Assembly: GCA_964515545.1 (NCBI GenBank)
Contig: CAZERI010000002.1
Span: forward strand, 149,731 to 213,730
DNA length: 64,000 bases
Source: an uncultured Gammaproteobacteria bacterium
Lineage (GTDB): Bacteria; Patescibacteriota; Microgenomatia; Levybacterales; UBA12049
Direction: 5' to 3'
Positions within the stretch are counted from its first letter, which is position 1. Each line of letters begins with the position of its first letter. A program made the position numbers and the translations under genes. Positions 47,928 to 57,193 of this stretch are shown one piece after another. The notes below the pieces were generated by a model. That model was not told the DNA's origin, ran no database searches, and saw nothing but the letters and a program-made list of their open reading frames with translations.

Positions 47928-48019
47928 ACAGACCAGTATAGCTGAAATTGGCGAAAAAGCCAGTCAGATTTGAGTTTTAAGTAATGAAAATCCCGTCAGT
48001 ATTATGATAGAATAGAGAT

Positions 48020-48508
48020 ATGAAATTTAGTGAGGATAAGATATGGAATGTATTAAGAGTATTCTTGTCAGCGGTATTTTTATGGGCGTTTTTTGACAAA
48101 GTATTCGGACTCGGTTTTGCTACGGATCCTACTCATTCTTGGTTACAGGGAATTTCTCCTACGGCTAAGTATTTGCAGTTTGGAGCAAAAGGTATTTTTG
48201 CCCCGTTTTTCCATGTATTATCAGGAAATCCTATAATAGACCTCCTTTTTATGCTGGGCTTATTTCTAGTAGGTATGAGTCTTTTGCTTGGGGTAGGTAT
48301 CAGAGTCGCCTGTATAAGTGGAAGCTTCCTTTTGTTCCTCATCTATCTTTCTTCTTTCCCGCCTATGAATAATCCACTAATAGATGAACATATTGTTTAT
48401 ATTGTAGTGTTAGTAGGTATTTTAGTGAGATCTTCTCACCAATCATTTGGTCTTTCTAAGAAATGGTCCCAGACTCCTTTTGTCAAAAAGTATCCTTTAC
48501 TAAAATAA
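48020..48508 (+). CDS. DoxX-like small membrane protein
   Basis: Four predicted TM helices, 162 aa, DoxX-like hydrophobicity pattern. No catalytic motif. Confidence 0.4.
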   Translation: MKFSEDKIWNVLRVFLSAVFLWAFFDKVFGLGFATDPTHSWLQGISPTAKYLQFGAKGIFAPFFHVLSGNPIIDLLFMLGLFLVGMSLLLGVGIRVACISGSFLLFLIYLSSFPPMNNPLIDEHIVYIVVLVGILVRSSHQSFGLSKKWSQTPFVKKYPLLK

Positions 48509-48512
48509 TTTA

Positions 48513-48541
48513 TTGACATACTCTTCAATGTCCTTTATAGT
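48513..48541 (+). promoter_or_regulatory. sigma70-like promoter TTGACA-N17-TATAGT upstream of the EamA transporter gene, followed by an approx. 135-nt GC-rich structured leader
   Basis: TTGACA 48513-48518, TATAGT 48536-48541. Leader contains hairpins CTCGC-AGTG-GCGAG (48568-48581) and GTCTGT-TAGAC-ACAGAC (48634-48650). Confidence 0.4.
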
Positions 48542-48681
48542 ATTTCTACTCTTTCAGGGTCGGGTGACTCGCAGTGGCGAGAATTCCCAATCGGTAGTTA
48601 CACTCTACGAGTTTTCCTAATTAGGAGACAGGAGTCTGTTAGACACAGACAGCGACGGTATAGTCCGGATAGAAGAAAGAT

Positions 48682-49602
48682 ATGAAAAAACTCCTCGGCT
48701 TCGGGCCGTTATTTGTCGTTATTGCTGCGCTCCTTTGGAGCTTTGATGGACTGTTAAGGATCAGTCTCTACTCTCTTCCTCCTGCTGTTATTGTTTTTTA
48801 CGAACATCTCTTAGGATTTATTGTTTTACTTTTCCTGAGCTTTAAGTGGGTGAAAGATCTTAAAGAGATGACGCGAAAGGAGTGGATTGCGATAGGAATA
48901 GTGGCACTCTTCTCCGGTGCGTTGGGGACCATCTTATATACCACAGCACTGAACTTTATTCACTATACTCAGTATTCAGTGGTTGTCCTTCTTCAGCAGC
49001 AGCTTCAGCCAGTTTGGGCTATTGGAGCAGCGGGTCTTCTCTTAAAAGAAAGGATTACAAAACGATTTGTCCTCTATGCGATTCTCGCATTAGTTTCTGC
49101 TTATTTCATCACGTTTAAAGATCTTCAGGTAAATTTCGCTACAGGAGGCGGGACTATCCTGGCTGCATTATTAGCAATAGGAGCTGGATTTATGTGGGGT
49201 ACCTCCACTGCTATTAGTAAAGTTGTACTCAACCGTGTCTCTTTTATTGCAGGGACTGCATTAAGATTTATGTTAGCTCCTATTTTTGCATTAGGCTTTG
49301 TTATTATGGGAGGGCAGACAGCTTCACTTACCCAGTTAAGTCTGCCGCAGCTTCAGACATTACTTCTTATTACCTTCTCAACCGGTATGGTAGCGCTGCT
49401 TTTTTATTACTATGGCTTAAAAAGAACTCCTGCACGGATTACCACTCTTTGTGAATTAGTCTGGCCAGCATCTGCTATTCTTATCGATTACTTTCTTTTT
49501 CATAAAAGCCTTACCTTTACGCAGATATTTGGAGTAATTGTCCTTCTGGTCGCAATTTATAAAATTACCATGCCTCTTTCTAAAAAAACTCCATCTATCT
49601 AA
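48682..49602 (+). CDS. EamA/DMT-superfamily transporter (10 TM)
   Basis: Two tandem EamA-like halves, hydrophobic throughout, 306 aa. Confidence 0.75.
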   Translation: MKKLLGFGPLFVVIAALLWSFDGLLRISLYSLPPAVIVFYEHLLGFIVLLFLSFKWVKDLKEMTRKEWIAIGIVALFSGALGTILYTTALNFIHYTQYSVVVLLQQQLQPVWAIGAAGLLLKERITKRFVLYAILALVSAYFITFKDLQVNFATGGGTILAALLAIGAGFMWGTSTAISKVVLNRVSFIAGTALRFMLAPIFALGFVIMGGQTASLTQLSLPQLQTLLLITFSTGMVALLFYYYGLKRTPARITTLCELVWPASAILIDYFLFHKSLTFTQIFGVIVLLVAIYKITMPLSKKTPSI

Positions 49603-50091
49603 CTGAATTACTTGACAGAGAAGCATGAAAAATTCCAATGTGCATGTCTTGGGATCTCTCTTAAGATACCACTGACAAAAGTGACACTTGTGGAAGACTT
49701 TGGGATGGCCATTTTAGCCTTATTAATGCTGGTTCTGTGAAAAGATTTGTAAGAGTTTTTTTAGCCTCAAAGCTAATGTTTCCCGAGTAATTCCTGTGAT
49801 ACAGTTTTATATACTTTTCTCTCTTGACAGAGAGGCTGGTAGAGCCATATAGTCTAGGCAGTCCAAGTACTCAATTACCAATTGAGTGTACGGGGCAATA
49901 AACTTTCGTCGATCGAGAGGAGTTTAGAGGACAAATATGTGATCCCATGTCTGTCCTTTTTTTGTGATCTACGCACAATTTAACAGCGTCGATATAATGT
50001 GTCAAGTAGCAATTTACTATACATTTAACTCTACGCAGTTATGAGCCTTCGTTCATTGAACAATTAGCTGATTTCCGCTACAATTAGCCTT

Positions 50092-52911
50092 ATGTTCAAG
50101 CCGGTTTCACCTAAGATAAGTTTCCCTGATCTAGAGGAAGAGATAGGTAAATTTTGGAAAGAAAATAATACCTTTGAAAAATCAGTCACTTCACGCCCTG
50201 AAAATAAGAAATGGACATTTTTGGATGGTCCGCCTTTTGTAACAGGAATGCCTCATTATGGCCATCTTTTAGGAAGTATTCATAAAGATTTATTTGGACG
50301 TTACTGGACAATGAAAGGATATCGAGTCCGTCGAGTCTGGGGGTGGGATGGACATGGACTCCCAATTGAGAATAAAGTCGAAGGAAAACTAGATATAAAG
50401 CATAAAAAAGATATTGAGAATGTAATCGGCGTTAAAAAATTTATTGATGAATGTAAAAAATATGTTGAAGAGATCTCAGGAGAGTGGGAGTGGTATGTAG
50501 ATCATATTGGACGCTGGGTCGACTTCAAACATGCATACAAGACGTGGGATACACCTTATATGGAATCGGTGATGTGGGTCTTTAAACAGCTTTTTGAGAA
50601 GGGGCATATCTATAAAGGCTTAAAAGTTACTCTCTACTGCCCTCACTGTGCAACTCCTATTTCTAATTTTGAAGTCGCTATGGATGCTGATAATTACAAA
50701 GAAGTTCCTGATAGCGCCACTACTTATAAATATGAATTACCATCTGAAGAGCCAGGACCCAAAACCTTTATTCTTGCATGGTCGACTACTCCGTGGAATA
50801 AGATCGTTACTCCTGCACTAGCAGTTAATCCTGAGTTGGAGTACGTTAAAGTTAAGCAGAGTGATGACTATTATATCCTTGCCAAGTCAACACTCAAAAC
50901 GCTTGTGGGGAAGTATGAAATAGTAGAGGAGATGAAGGGTAAGGATCTCGTCGGAATGAAATTCGTACCTCACTATGACTACTATAAAATAAAACCAGGG
51001 GAAAAGGCATTTGAGATCATCGCGGGTGACTTTGTCACAGCAGATGAAGGTACTGGCGTCGTTACAATCGCTGCTTATGGAGAAGAGGATTTAGTCGTCA
51101 TGCTACGAGACAATGTGCATATTGAGATGCATGTAGATGAAGACGGCATGATAAAAGAAGATGTGCCAAAATTCGGCGGGATGTATTACCTCAAAGCTAA
51201 TAAAGCAGTTAATGAGGATCTGGCTTCACGAGGGCTTATTTATAAAGACGAAGAACTGCCACACAATGTTCCTCTGTGCTGGAGGTGTCATACAAGACTT
51301 TATTATGCACCAATTGATGCGTGGTATGTTAATGTCCAGAATATGAAGGAGCTCCTTAAAAAAACAAATGAAAAAGTAAATTGGTTTCCTAAGCATTTTA
51401 AGTATGGAAGATTTCTTAAGAGTCTTGAGAATGCACCAGACTGGAATATCTCACGTAATAGATACTGGGGAAGCCCTGTCCCTGTATGGGAGTGCAAATG
51501 CGGGGAGCGATTTGTCCCGGGATCTATTAAGGAATTAGAAGAGAGAGCAGGAAGAAAGGTTACTGATCTTCATAAGCCCGAGATTGACGAGGTAACGATC
51601 AAGTGTGAAAAATGTGGTGAGGATGTAAAGCGTGTTCCTGAAGTCCTCGATAGCTGGATCGAAGCAGGAAGTGCATCTTTTGCAGAGCGTCATTATCCTT
51701 TTAACACATCAGAAAAGCTGGAAGATTTTTTTCCTCCTGACTTTATTGCTGAGTACACAGGTCAAATAAGAGCATGGTTTTATGTCCTTCATGTTATTGG
51801 TGGGGCACTCTATGGTACTGAGGCATTTAAAAATGTCGGAGTTGAGGGAGTCATCTTAGGTACAGATGGAAGAAAAATGAGTAAAAATTTAGGTAACTAT
51901 CCTGATCCTAAAGAGCTTTTGGCTAAGTATGGAGGAGATGCTTTACGTCTCTATCTGATGACAAGTCCCATTATGCATGGAGAGGATATTATCATCTCTG
52001 AAGAACAGTATCGCAATCAAGTCCGCGGTATGATGCTTATTCTCTGGAATGTCTATAATTTCTTTATTCAGAATGCACTTATCGATAGCTGGATACCTCA
52101 CAATCACGAGCAGAAACCATCAAGTAATGTCCTTGACCTTTGGATTACTTCACAGCGTAATGGTCTTCTCGAGAAGGTAACCACAGCTCTTGATAATTAC
52201 GATACCGTCGTTGCGATTGATGCTATAAAAGTCTTTATCGATAATTTCTCTACATGGTATCTCCGCCGAAGTAGGGATAGAGTTGGCCCTATGGCAGCGG
52301 ATACTGAAGATAGAAATGCTTTTTATGAGACTACGTATACTACACTTATAACACTTACTAAGCTTTTGGCACCCATTGCTCCTTTTATCGCAGAGGCGAT
52401 GTATAAAAATCTTACTGATAAAGAATCTGTCCATTTAGCAGATTGGCCGGCATTTGATACATCACTAATCAATCAAGACCTTGAGCATCAGATGAGCTTT
52501 ATCCGTAAAATCGTTGAGGTTGGACATTCGGAGCGAAAGGAAAAAAGCTTAAAAGTACGCCAACCGCTTGCCAAGGCGATAATTTCACTAGGGAAAGATG
52601 CAGTGAAGCCTACTGATGCATTGGAATATCTTATAAGAGATGAACTCAATGTCAAAACACTTGATTTTAAAGAGAGTGAGGAGCTAGGAGTAGTATTTGA
52701 TACGGCACTTACTCCTGAGCTGGAGGCTGAAGGGAAAGCACGTGATATTATCCGTATGATCCAGGATGAGCGTAAAAGGCTAGAAACCAAGCCAACAGAA
52801 CTTATAGATGTTACTCTTGAGGAATGGCCTGAGGTTTTTGCTGAGGAAATAAAGAGAAAGACTCTCACGGCTACTCTCTCACAAGGACCATTTGCTATTA
52901 GACGTCAATAA
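50092..52911 (+). CDS. ileS: isoleucine--tRNA ligase
   Basis: HIGH-type motif PHYGH, GWDGHGLPIE (IleRS-specific GWDCHGLPIE-like), KMSKNLGN, ISRNRYWGSPVPVW, Zn-finger cysteines. 939 aa. Confidence 0.85.
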   Translation: MFKPVSPKISFPDLEEEIGKFWKENNTFEKSVTSRPENKKWTFLDGPPFVTGMPHYGHLLGSIHKDLFGRYWTMKGYRVRRVWGWDGHGLPIENKVEGKLDIKHKKDIENVIGVKKFIDECKKYVEEISGEWEWYVDHIGRWVDFKHAYKTWDTPYMESVMWVFKQLFEKGHIYKGLKVTLYCPHCATPISNFEVAMDADNYKEVPDSATTYKYELPSEEPGPKTFILAWSTTPWNKIVTPALAVNPELEYVKVKQSDDYYILAKSTLKTLVGKYEIVEEMKGKDLVGMKFVPHYDYYKIKPGEKAFEIIAGDFVTADEGTGVVTIAAYGEEDLVVMLRDNVHIEMHVDEDGMIKEDVPKFGGMYYLKANKAVNEDLASRGLIYKDEELPHNVPLCWRCHTRLYYAPIDAWYVNVQNMKELLKKTNEKVNWFPKHFKYGRFLKSLENAPDWNISRNRYWGSPVPVWECKCGERFVPGSIKELEERAGRKVTDLHKPEIDEVTIKCEKCGEDVKRVPEVLDSWIEAGSASFAERHYPFNTSEKLEDFFPPDFIAEYTGQIRAWFYVLHVIGGALYGTEAFKNVGVEGVILGTDGRKMSKNLGNYPDPKELLAKYGGDALRLYLMTSPIMHGEDIIISEEQYRNQVRGMMLILWNVYNFFIQNALIDSWIPHNHEQKPSSNVLDLWITSQRNGLLEKVTTALDNYDTVVAIDAIKVFIDNFSTWYLRRSRDRVGPMAADTEDRNAFYETTYTTLITLTKLLAPIAPFIAEAMYKNLTDKESVHLADWPAFDTSLINQDLEHQMSFIRKIVEVGHSERKEKSLKVRQPLAKAIISLGKDAVKPTDALEYLIRDELNVKTLDFKESEELGVVFDTALTPELEAEGKARDIIRMIQDERKRLETKPTELIDVTLEEWPEVFAEEIKRKTLTATLSQGPFAIRRQ

Positions 52912-53993
52912 TGCGAAGAAAAACACTGCTTGGTATCGACTGGTGGCTCTTAGCTCCTGTTGCGGTACTTCTTATCATCAGCTTGGTGACACTGCTGTCT
53001 CTTAATAAATCACTTTTTTTCAGTCAGTTTTTTACTCTTATCGTTGGGCTTGTTGCTTTCTTCTTCTTCTCACGAATTCGTGTGGAAGCGCTTCAGAGAA
53101 TTACACTTCCCATATACTTTATCTCCATTCTTCTTCTTTTTATTGTATTGGTGATAGGATTTGAAAGTCATGGAGCAGTCAGGTGGGTATCGGTAGCGGG
53201 ATTTCCTATCCAGTTTTCTGAAGTTTTAAAGCCTTTTTTAGCCCTAACACTGGCATCATATCTCTCAAGACAGTCTACTAGATCGTTTCGATCTCTCGTC
53301 ACCATCTTAGTTTTATTATCACCTATCTTTGGGCTTATTGCTTTCCAACCTGACTTAGGTAATGCGCTTATCTATGCTGGGGTAGTATTCCTTGTGCTGA
53401 TAACATGCGGATATTCATTAAGGTGGTTTGGCCTTTTGGCAGTTCCATTTCTTATGGTATCGCCTATTGTATGGAATCTACTTCATGACTATCAGCAAAA
53501 ACGTCTTTTAACATTTCTTAATCCAACAAGTGATCCATTAGGAGCCTCATATAACGTAATTCAGGCTATGATTGCAGTCGGGTCGGGTATGTTTTTGGGG
53601 AAAGGCCTTAGTCAAGGTACTCAATCTGGATTAAGATTTCTACCTGAAAGGCATACTGATTTTATCTTTGCAACACTCTCGGAAGGATTAGGGTTTGTAG
53701 GTGCAATTATCGTACTTATCGCCTTTGTTATGCTTTGTCTGAGGATTTATAGCATTTTTACCCATCTTGATAACAATTTTGCCAAAATATATGCCTCAAT
53801 TGTCTTTGCTTTTTTTCTGGTCCAATTTTTTGTTAACATAGGTATGAATTTAGCCTTACTTCCTGTAGTGGGGGTGACACTTCCTTTTGTTTCGTTCGGG
53901 GGGAATTCGCTCCTATCTAACTTTATTTTCTTAGGAATCCTCTCCTCTATGGTTACTACCTATTCGAGGCATTCCGTGCTGGAAATCAAGTAA
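52911..53993 (+). CDS. rodA: SEDS-family protein RodA/FtsW paralogue (second copy, outside the dcw cluster)
   Basis: FQPDLGNALIY and LLPVVGVTLPFVSFGGNSLL motifs. Confidence 0.8.
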   Translation: MRRKTLLGIDWWLLAPVAVLLIISLVTLLSLNKSLFFSQFFTLIVGLVAFFFFSRIRVEALQRITLPIYFISILLLFIVLVIGFESHGAVRWVSVAGFPIQFSEVLKPFLALTLASYLSRQSTRSFRSLVTILVLLSPIFGLIAFQPDLGNALIYAGVVFLVLITCGYSLRWFGLLAVPFLMVSPIVWNLLHDYQQKRLLTFLNPTSDPLGASYNVIQAMIAVGSGMFLGKGLSQGTQSGLRFLPERHTDFIFATLSEGLGFVGAIIVLIAFVMLCLRIYSIFTHLDNNFAKIYASIVFAFFLVQFFVNIGMNLALLPVVGVTLPFVSFGGNSLLSNFIFLGILSSMVTTYSRHSVLEIK

Positions 53994-54019
53994 GAGATCT
54001 GCTATAATTGGTGGACATT

Positions 54020-54433
54020 ATGAACTACGCAGTTATTAAATCAGGCGGAAAGCAGTATAAAGTTTCAGAAGGAGACGTTATTACTGTTGAGAGAGTAGCA
54101 GTTCAGCCTAATGAAACTATCACTTTTTCTGAAGTTCTACTTCATATCGCTGATGGAAAGGCTACTTTTGGGCAGCCTACGATATCAGGCTTTAGTGTCT
54201 CTGGGAAAGTCTTAGCTCATGTACGAGGAGAGAAGCTCCGAATTGCTAAATATAAAGCTAAAGTACGTTATCGCCGAGTTACAGGACACCGCCAGGAGCT
54301 TTCCAAAATTCAGATTGAAGCAATTGGAGGACATAAAGCTTCTAAGGCAGAAGAGGCTACGAAAGCTGAGGTTAAAGCTTCAGCAAAACCTCGTACCACC
54401 TCGACCTCTAAAAGAAGTAAAAAATCCGCATAA
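54020..54433 (+). CDS. rplU: 50S ribosomal protein L21 with Lys/Ala-rich C-terminal extension
   Basis: MNYAVIKSGGKQYKVSEGDVI. Start at the internal ATG 54020 of ORF 54008..54433. Confidence 0.9.
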   Translation: MNYAVIKSGGKQYKVSEGDVITVERVAVQPNETITFSEVLLHIADGKATFGQPTISGFSVSGKVLAHVRGEKLRIAKYKAKVRYRRVTGHRQELSKIQIEAIGGHKASKAEEATKAEVKASAKPRTTSTSKRSKKSA

Positions 54434-54441
54434 AATAACTA

Positions 54442-54487
54442 TTGACATTTGTGAAAACAAAACCTATTATAGTTATGTTTTCACAAA
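54442..54487. promoter_or_regulatory. promoter TTGACA-N17-TATTAT embedded in a perfect 12-bp inverted repeat (TTTGTGAAAACA-N16-TGTTTTCACAAA) upstream of rpmA-parB
   Basis: Arms at 54448-54459 and 54476-54487 are exact reverse complements. The -10 hexamer 54465-54470 lies in the 16-nt spacer. RBS AAAGGA precedes ATG 54513. Confidence 0.45.
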
Positions 54488-54512
54488 TTCATAAAATAAG
54501 CGAAAGGAAATT

Positions 54513-54764
54513 ATGGCACATACAAAATCACAGGGAGCAGTAAAAGGGAATAGAGATTCAGTAGCTAAGAGACTTGGTGTCAAGGTATATGGCGGTGGTC
54601 TCGTCAAAGCTGGAAACATTATTATAAGACAAAAAGGTAGTAAGTTCTTTGCTGGAAATGGCGTAGAGATGGGTAAAGATTTTACTATTTTTGCAGTACG
54701 GGATGGAGTAGTTAATTTTAAGACAAGACTCGGCAAAAAAGTTGTCGAAGTAATAAATGGATAA
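54513..54764 (+). CDS. rpmA: 50S ribosomal protein L27
   Basis: [24 protein letters not shown]...IIIRQKG. Confidence 0.95.
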   Translation: MAHTKSQGAVKGNRDSVAKRLGVKVYGGGLVKAGNIIIRQKGSKFFAGNGVEMGKDFTIFAVRDGVVNFKTRLGKKVVEVING

Positions 54765-55632
54765 TAAACAAGGTCAATTGACCGAACTCGAAACAACACA
54801 ATTGCAGTCAAATCCGCTGCAGCCACGTGGAGTTATCCTACAAGACTCCCTCACTGATCTCGTTGAATCAATTCGTGAACAAGGAATTTTAGAGCCTATT
54901 GTAGTAGCTGAGACTCCTGCTGGATATCAAATTATCGCTGGTGAGAGACGCTGGAGAGCTGCCAAGATATTGGGCCTTCCTAAAGTTCCTGTTGTCATTA
55001 AGAATACCACTCCTCAAGGAATGCTTGAGATGTCTATTGTTGAAAATGTTCAGCGTGAGGATCTTAATCCAATAGAGAGAGCTCTCTCTTATAAAAGGCT
55101 TATTGATGAATTCGGTCTAGGAACGAACGAAGTCGCTAAACGAATCGGTAAAAGTGCTCCTACAGTTAGTAATACTATTAGACTTCTTTCGCTTCCAGAT
55201 GCTATCAAAGACGCGCTGGTAGCAGGCGTCATTACTGAAGGACATGTACGTCCGCTTATCTCACTTGGGGATCCTAAGTTGATGCTTGAATTGTTCAAGA
55301 GAATTTTGCGGGATAACCTTACTGTCCGTCAGACGGAAGATATCTCACGAAAAGTAAAAGGTGAAGTTCAGCAGCGTGAGCCTGAGAAGAGTAAAGATAG
55401 GCTCTGGGTGCCGGAACAGGATAGTATGGCTCAGCATCTCCAGGAAAAATACCATGTAGATGATGTAAAGATCTTTCAATCCAGTAAGCTCGCGCGTATG
55501 ACTATCGTTATCAAAGGAGACGTCGATGTTACTACTAAAAAGCTAAAGCAGTTCCATGATATCTTAAGTTCTGCAAGTGTAGAAGAGAAAAAAGAAGAAC
55601 CACAGGAGACAGAACAGCTCACCGCTCAATAA
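54757..55632 (+). CDS. parB: ParB/Spo0J-family chromosome partitioning protein (CTP-binding ParB N-domain + HTH)
   Basis: GERRWRAA box, ParB N-terminal domain, HTH ([21 protein letters not shown]). No parA adjacent. Confidence 0.85.
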   Translation: MDNKQGQLTELETTQLQSNPLQPRGVILQDSLTDLVESIREQGILEPIVVAETPAGYQIIAGERRWRAAKILGLPKVPVVIKNTTPQGMLEMSIVENVQREDLNPIERALSYKRLIDEFGLGTNEVAKRIGKSAPTVSNTIRLLSLPDAIKDALVAGVITEGHVRPLISLGDPKLMLELFKRILRDNLTVRQTEDISRKVKGEVQQREPEKSKDRLWVPEQDSMAQHLQEKYHVDDVKIFQSSKLARMTIVIKGDVDVTTKKLKQFHDILSSASVEEKKEEPQETEQLTAQ

Positions 55633-55634
55633 AT

Positions 55635-56207
55635 TTATTTAGCTACGGGATTTTGTACCAAATGCGCTTCAGCGATAGGCCAGTATACAAAGAAAGATTT
55701 TCCAATCACAGCTGATTTTTTAAGAAGCCCCCATTCTCTGGAGTCAGAGCTAGCTGATCTATTATCTCCTAAGACAAAAATAGATCCTTCAGGGATTTTT
55801 TTCTCAACATTGTCTGCCAGAAATGTCCCTCCAAAGGTACGGACATTATTCTCTAGATACGAGCTTTCATCTAATTTCTGTCCATTAAGATAGACAAAGC
55901 CATTCTTCAGCTCGACAGTGTCGCCAGGAAGGCCTATGACTCTTTTGATAAAGTCTTTATCGTCCTCAATCGGTGCTTTAAAAACGATAACGTCTCCGCG
56001 CTTTACATGATCTAACTTAACACCGAGTATGTTAGTAAAAATGTATTCTCGATCTTTATAGGTAGGGAACATAGAATCACCGCTTACCTGGAAAGGCCGT
56101 GCGATAAAGAAATAAATTACTAAAAAGACAGCCAATGCCATGAGGAAGGTCTGGAATGTATCAGAAAAGAGTCCGGAGAAACGATTTTTGGAGGTAGTAT
56201 GTTCCAT
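55635..56207 (-). CDS. lepB: signal peptidase I (S26 family)
   Basis: N-terminal TM. Catalytic Ser box SGDSMFPT, Lys box KRVIGLPGD and GDNRSASSDSR. Confidence 0.9.
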   Translation of the reverse strand: MEHTTSKNRFSGLFSDTFQTFLMALAVFLVIYFFIARPFQVSGDSMFPTYKDREYIFTNILGVKLDHVKRGDVIVFKAPIEDDKDFIKRVIGLPGDTVELKNGFVYLNGQKLDESSYLENNVRTFGGTFLADNVEKKIPEGSIFVLGDNRSASSDSREWGLLKKSAVIGKSFFVYWPIAEAHLVQNPVAK

Positions 56208-56227
56208 CTAGGTCGTTTCATTATTCT

Positions 56228-56290
56228 GGATTAGCCACAATTTGTCAACCAGAGATTACAAAATCAATGTCGGATTAGTATTCATTTGTC
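56228..56290. promoter_or_regulatory. two copies of direct repeat GGATTAG-N5-ATTTGTC (44-bp period) in the lepB/nuclease divergent intergenic region
   Basis: 56228-56246 and 56272-56290, both 7-mers identical in each copy. TTGAAT-N17-TATAGT promoter-like element downstream (about 56314-56342). Confidence 0.35.
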
Positions 56291-56358
56291 TCTTTTTGTA
56301 ATGAATGCTGATCTATTGAATACTATATTAAAAAAGAGTATAGTCCCAGTAGATCAGT

Positions 56359-57111
56359 ATGAAGAATATATTTCTAATTTTATTTCTTTTTATAGTGTCC
56401 ACAATATTTTTGAGACAGGTTTATGCTGAACCTAACCTCTTTAAGGTCCTTAGCGTTGTTGATGGAGATACTATAAATGTAGATATTCGTGGGAAGAAAG
56501 AAGCTGTCAGACTTTTAGGTATTGATACTCCTGAGGTTGTTGATCCTAGAAAGCCTGTTCAATGTTTTGGTAAGGCAGCAAGTGACAAAATGAAAACCTT
56601 TGTTAGTGGTAAATCGGTAATTCTTGTAGATGATAGTACTCAAGGTAACAGAGATAAATACAATAGATTGCTGAGATATGTTTATCTTCCAGATAGTGTT
56701 CGTACTTTCGTTAATGGGGAAATGGTAAAGCAAGGATATGCATTTAGTTATAAAGAATATCCTACCAAAATGATTAATAAATTTAATTTACTAGAGACAT
56801 ATGCACGAGAACATAATTTTGGGTTATGGGGGTCATGTACTTTAACTCCATCACCTGCAAAAGCTGTAACTAAAAGTACAATAGTAAAGAAAGTTACACC
56901 TACATCTTCTTATATGGCTCCGATTGAAAATCAAAAGACGACTAATGAGGTTCCGAGATCTAATAGTGGGGATGGTTATACTTGCTCTGGTAAGACTACT
57001 TGTGGCCAAATGACTAGTTGTGCCGAAGCAAGATACTATTTAACCTCGTGCGGTCAGACCAGGTTAGATGGAGATAAAGATGGGACTCCATGCGAAACAA
57101 TATGTAATTAA
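56359..57111 (+). CDS. secreted thermonuclease (SNase/micrococcal-nuclease fold) with C-terminal Excalibur calcium-binding domain
   Basis: Signal peptide. SVVDGDTINVDIRGKKEAVRLLGIDTPE...RLLRYVYLPDS...VKQGYA (SNase catalytic core). C-terminal Cys-rich RLDGDKDGTPCE (DxDxDGxxCE Excalibur motif). Confidence 0.85.
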   Translation: MKNIFLILFLFIVSTIFLRQVYAEPNLFKVLSVVDGDTINVDIRGKKEAVRLLGIDTPEVVDPRKPVQCFGKAASDKMKTFVSGKSVILVDDSTQGNRDKYNRLLRYVYLPDSVRTFVNGEMVKQGYAFSYKEYPTKMINKFNLLETYAREHNFGLWGSCTLTPSPAKAVTKSTIVKKVTPTSSYMAPIENQKTTNEVPRSNSGDGYTCSGKTTCGQMTSCAEARYYLTSCGQTRLDGDKDGTPCETICN

Positions 57112-57193
57112 GTAACGGAATATGAATCTAAAAGAGATAAATTAATGAGAATAAATTACTAGCTTTATAAATTATTGTGGAATTCTTGTATTC

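Noticed and set aside
48548-48681. tRNA or other small RNA gene in the GC-rich stretch upstream of the EamA gene
   Set aside because: There are no tRNA hallmarks (no GTTCGAATC-type T-arm and no acceptor/anticodon architecture). It lies downstream of a strong promoter and upstream of an RBS, consistent with a 5' leader.
49603-50091. T-box riboswitch upstream of ileS
   Set aside because: No T-box consensus (AAUUAGGGUGGUACCGCG-like) or specifier-loop architecture is visible. Only short local repeats are present.
20927-54459. TGTGAAAA 8-mer (upstream of mraZ, upstream of rpmA, at 49737) as a genome-wide regulatory motif
   Set aside because: At this base composition about 5 occurrences per 64 kb are expected by chance, and the motif also occurs inside coding sequence (for example 51604). 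Only the local clustering upstream of mraZ and the perfect IR upstream of rpmA are retained.
54448-54487. Canonical parS (TGTTTCACGTGAAACA)
   Set aside because: The half-sites carry an extra base and face outward with a 16-bp spacer. No full parS palindrome was found in the window, so this is reported only as parS-like.
54219-54826. ORFs 54219..54494 (+) and 54473..54826 (-) overlapping rplU/rpmA
   Set aside because: They overlap universally conserved ribosomal protein genes and the promoter/IR region, and have no independent support.
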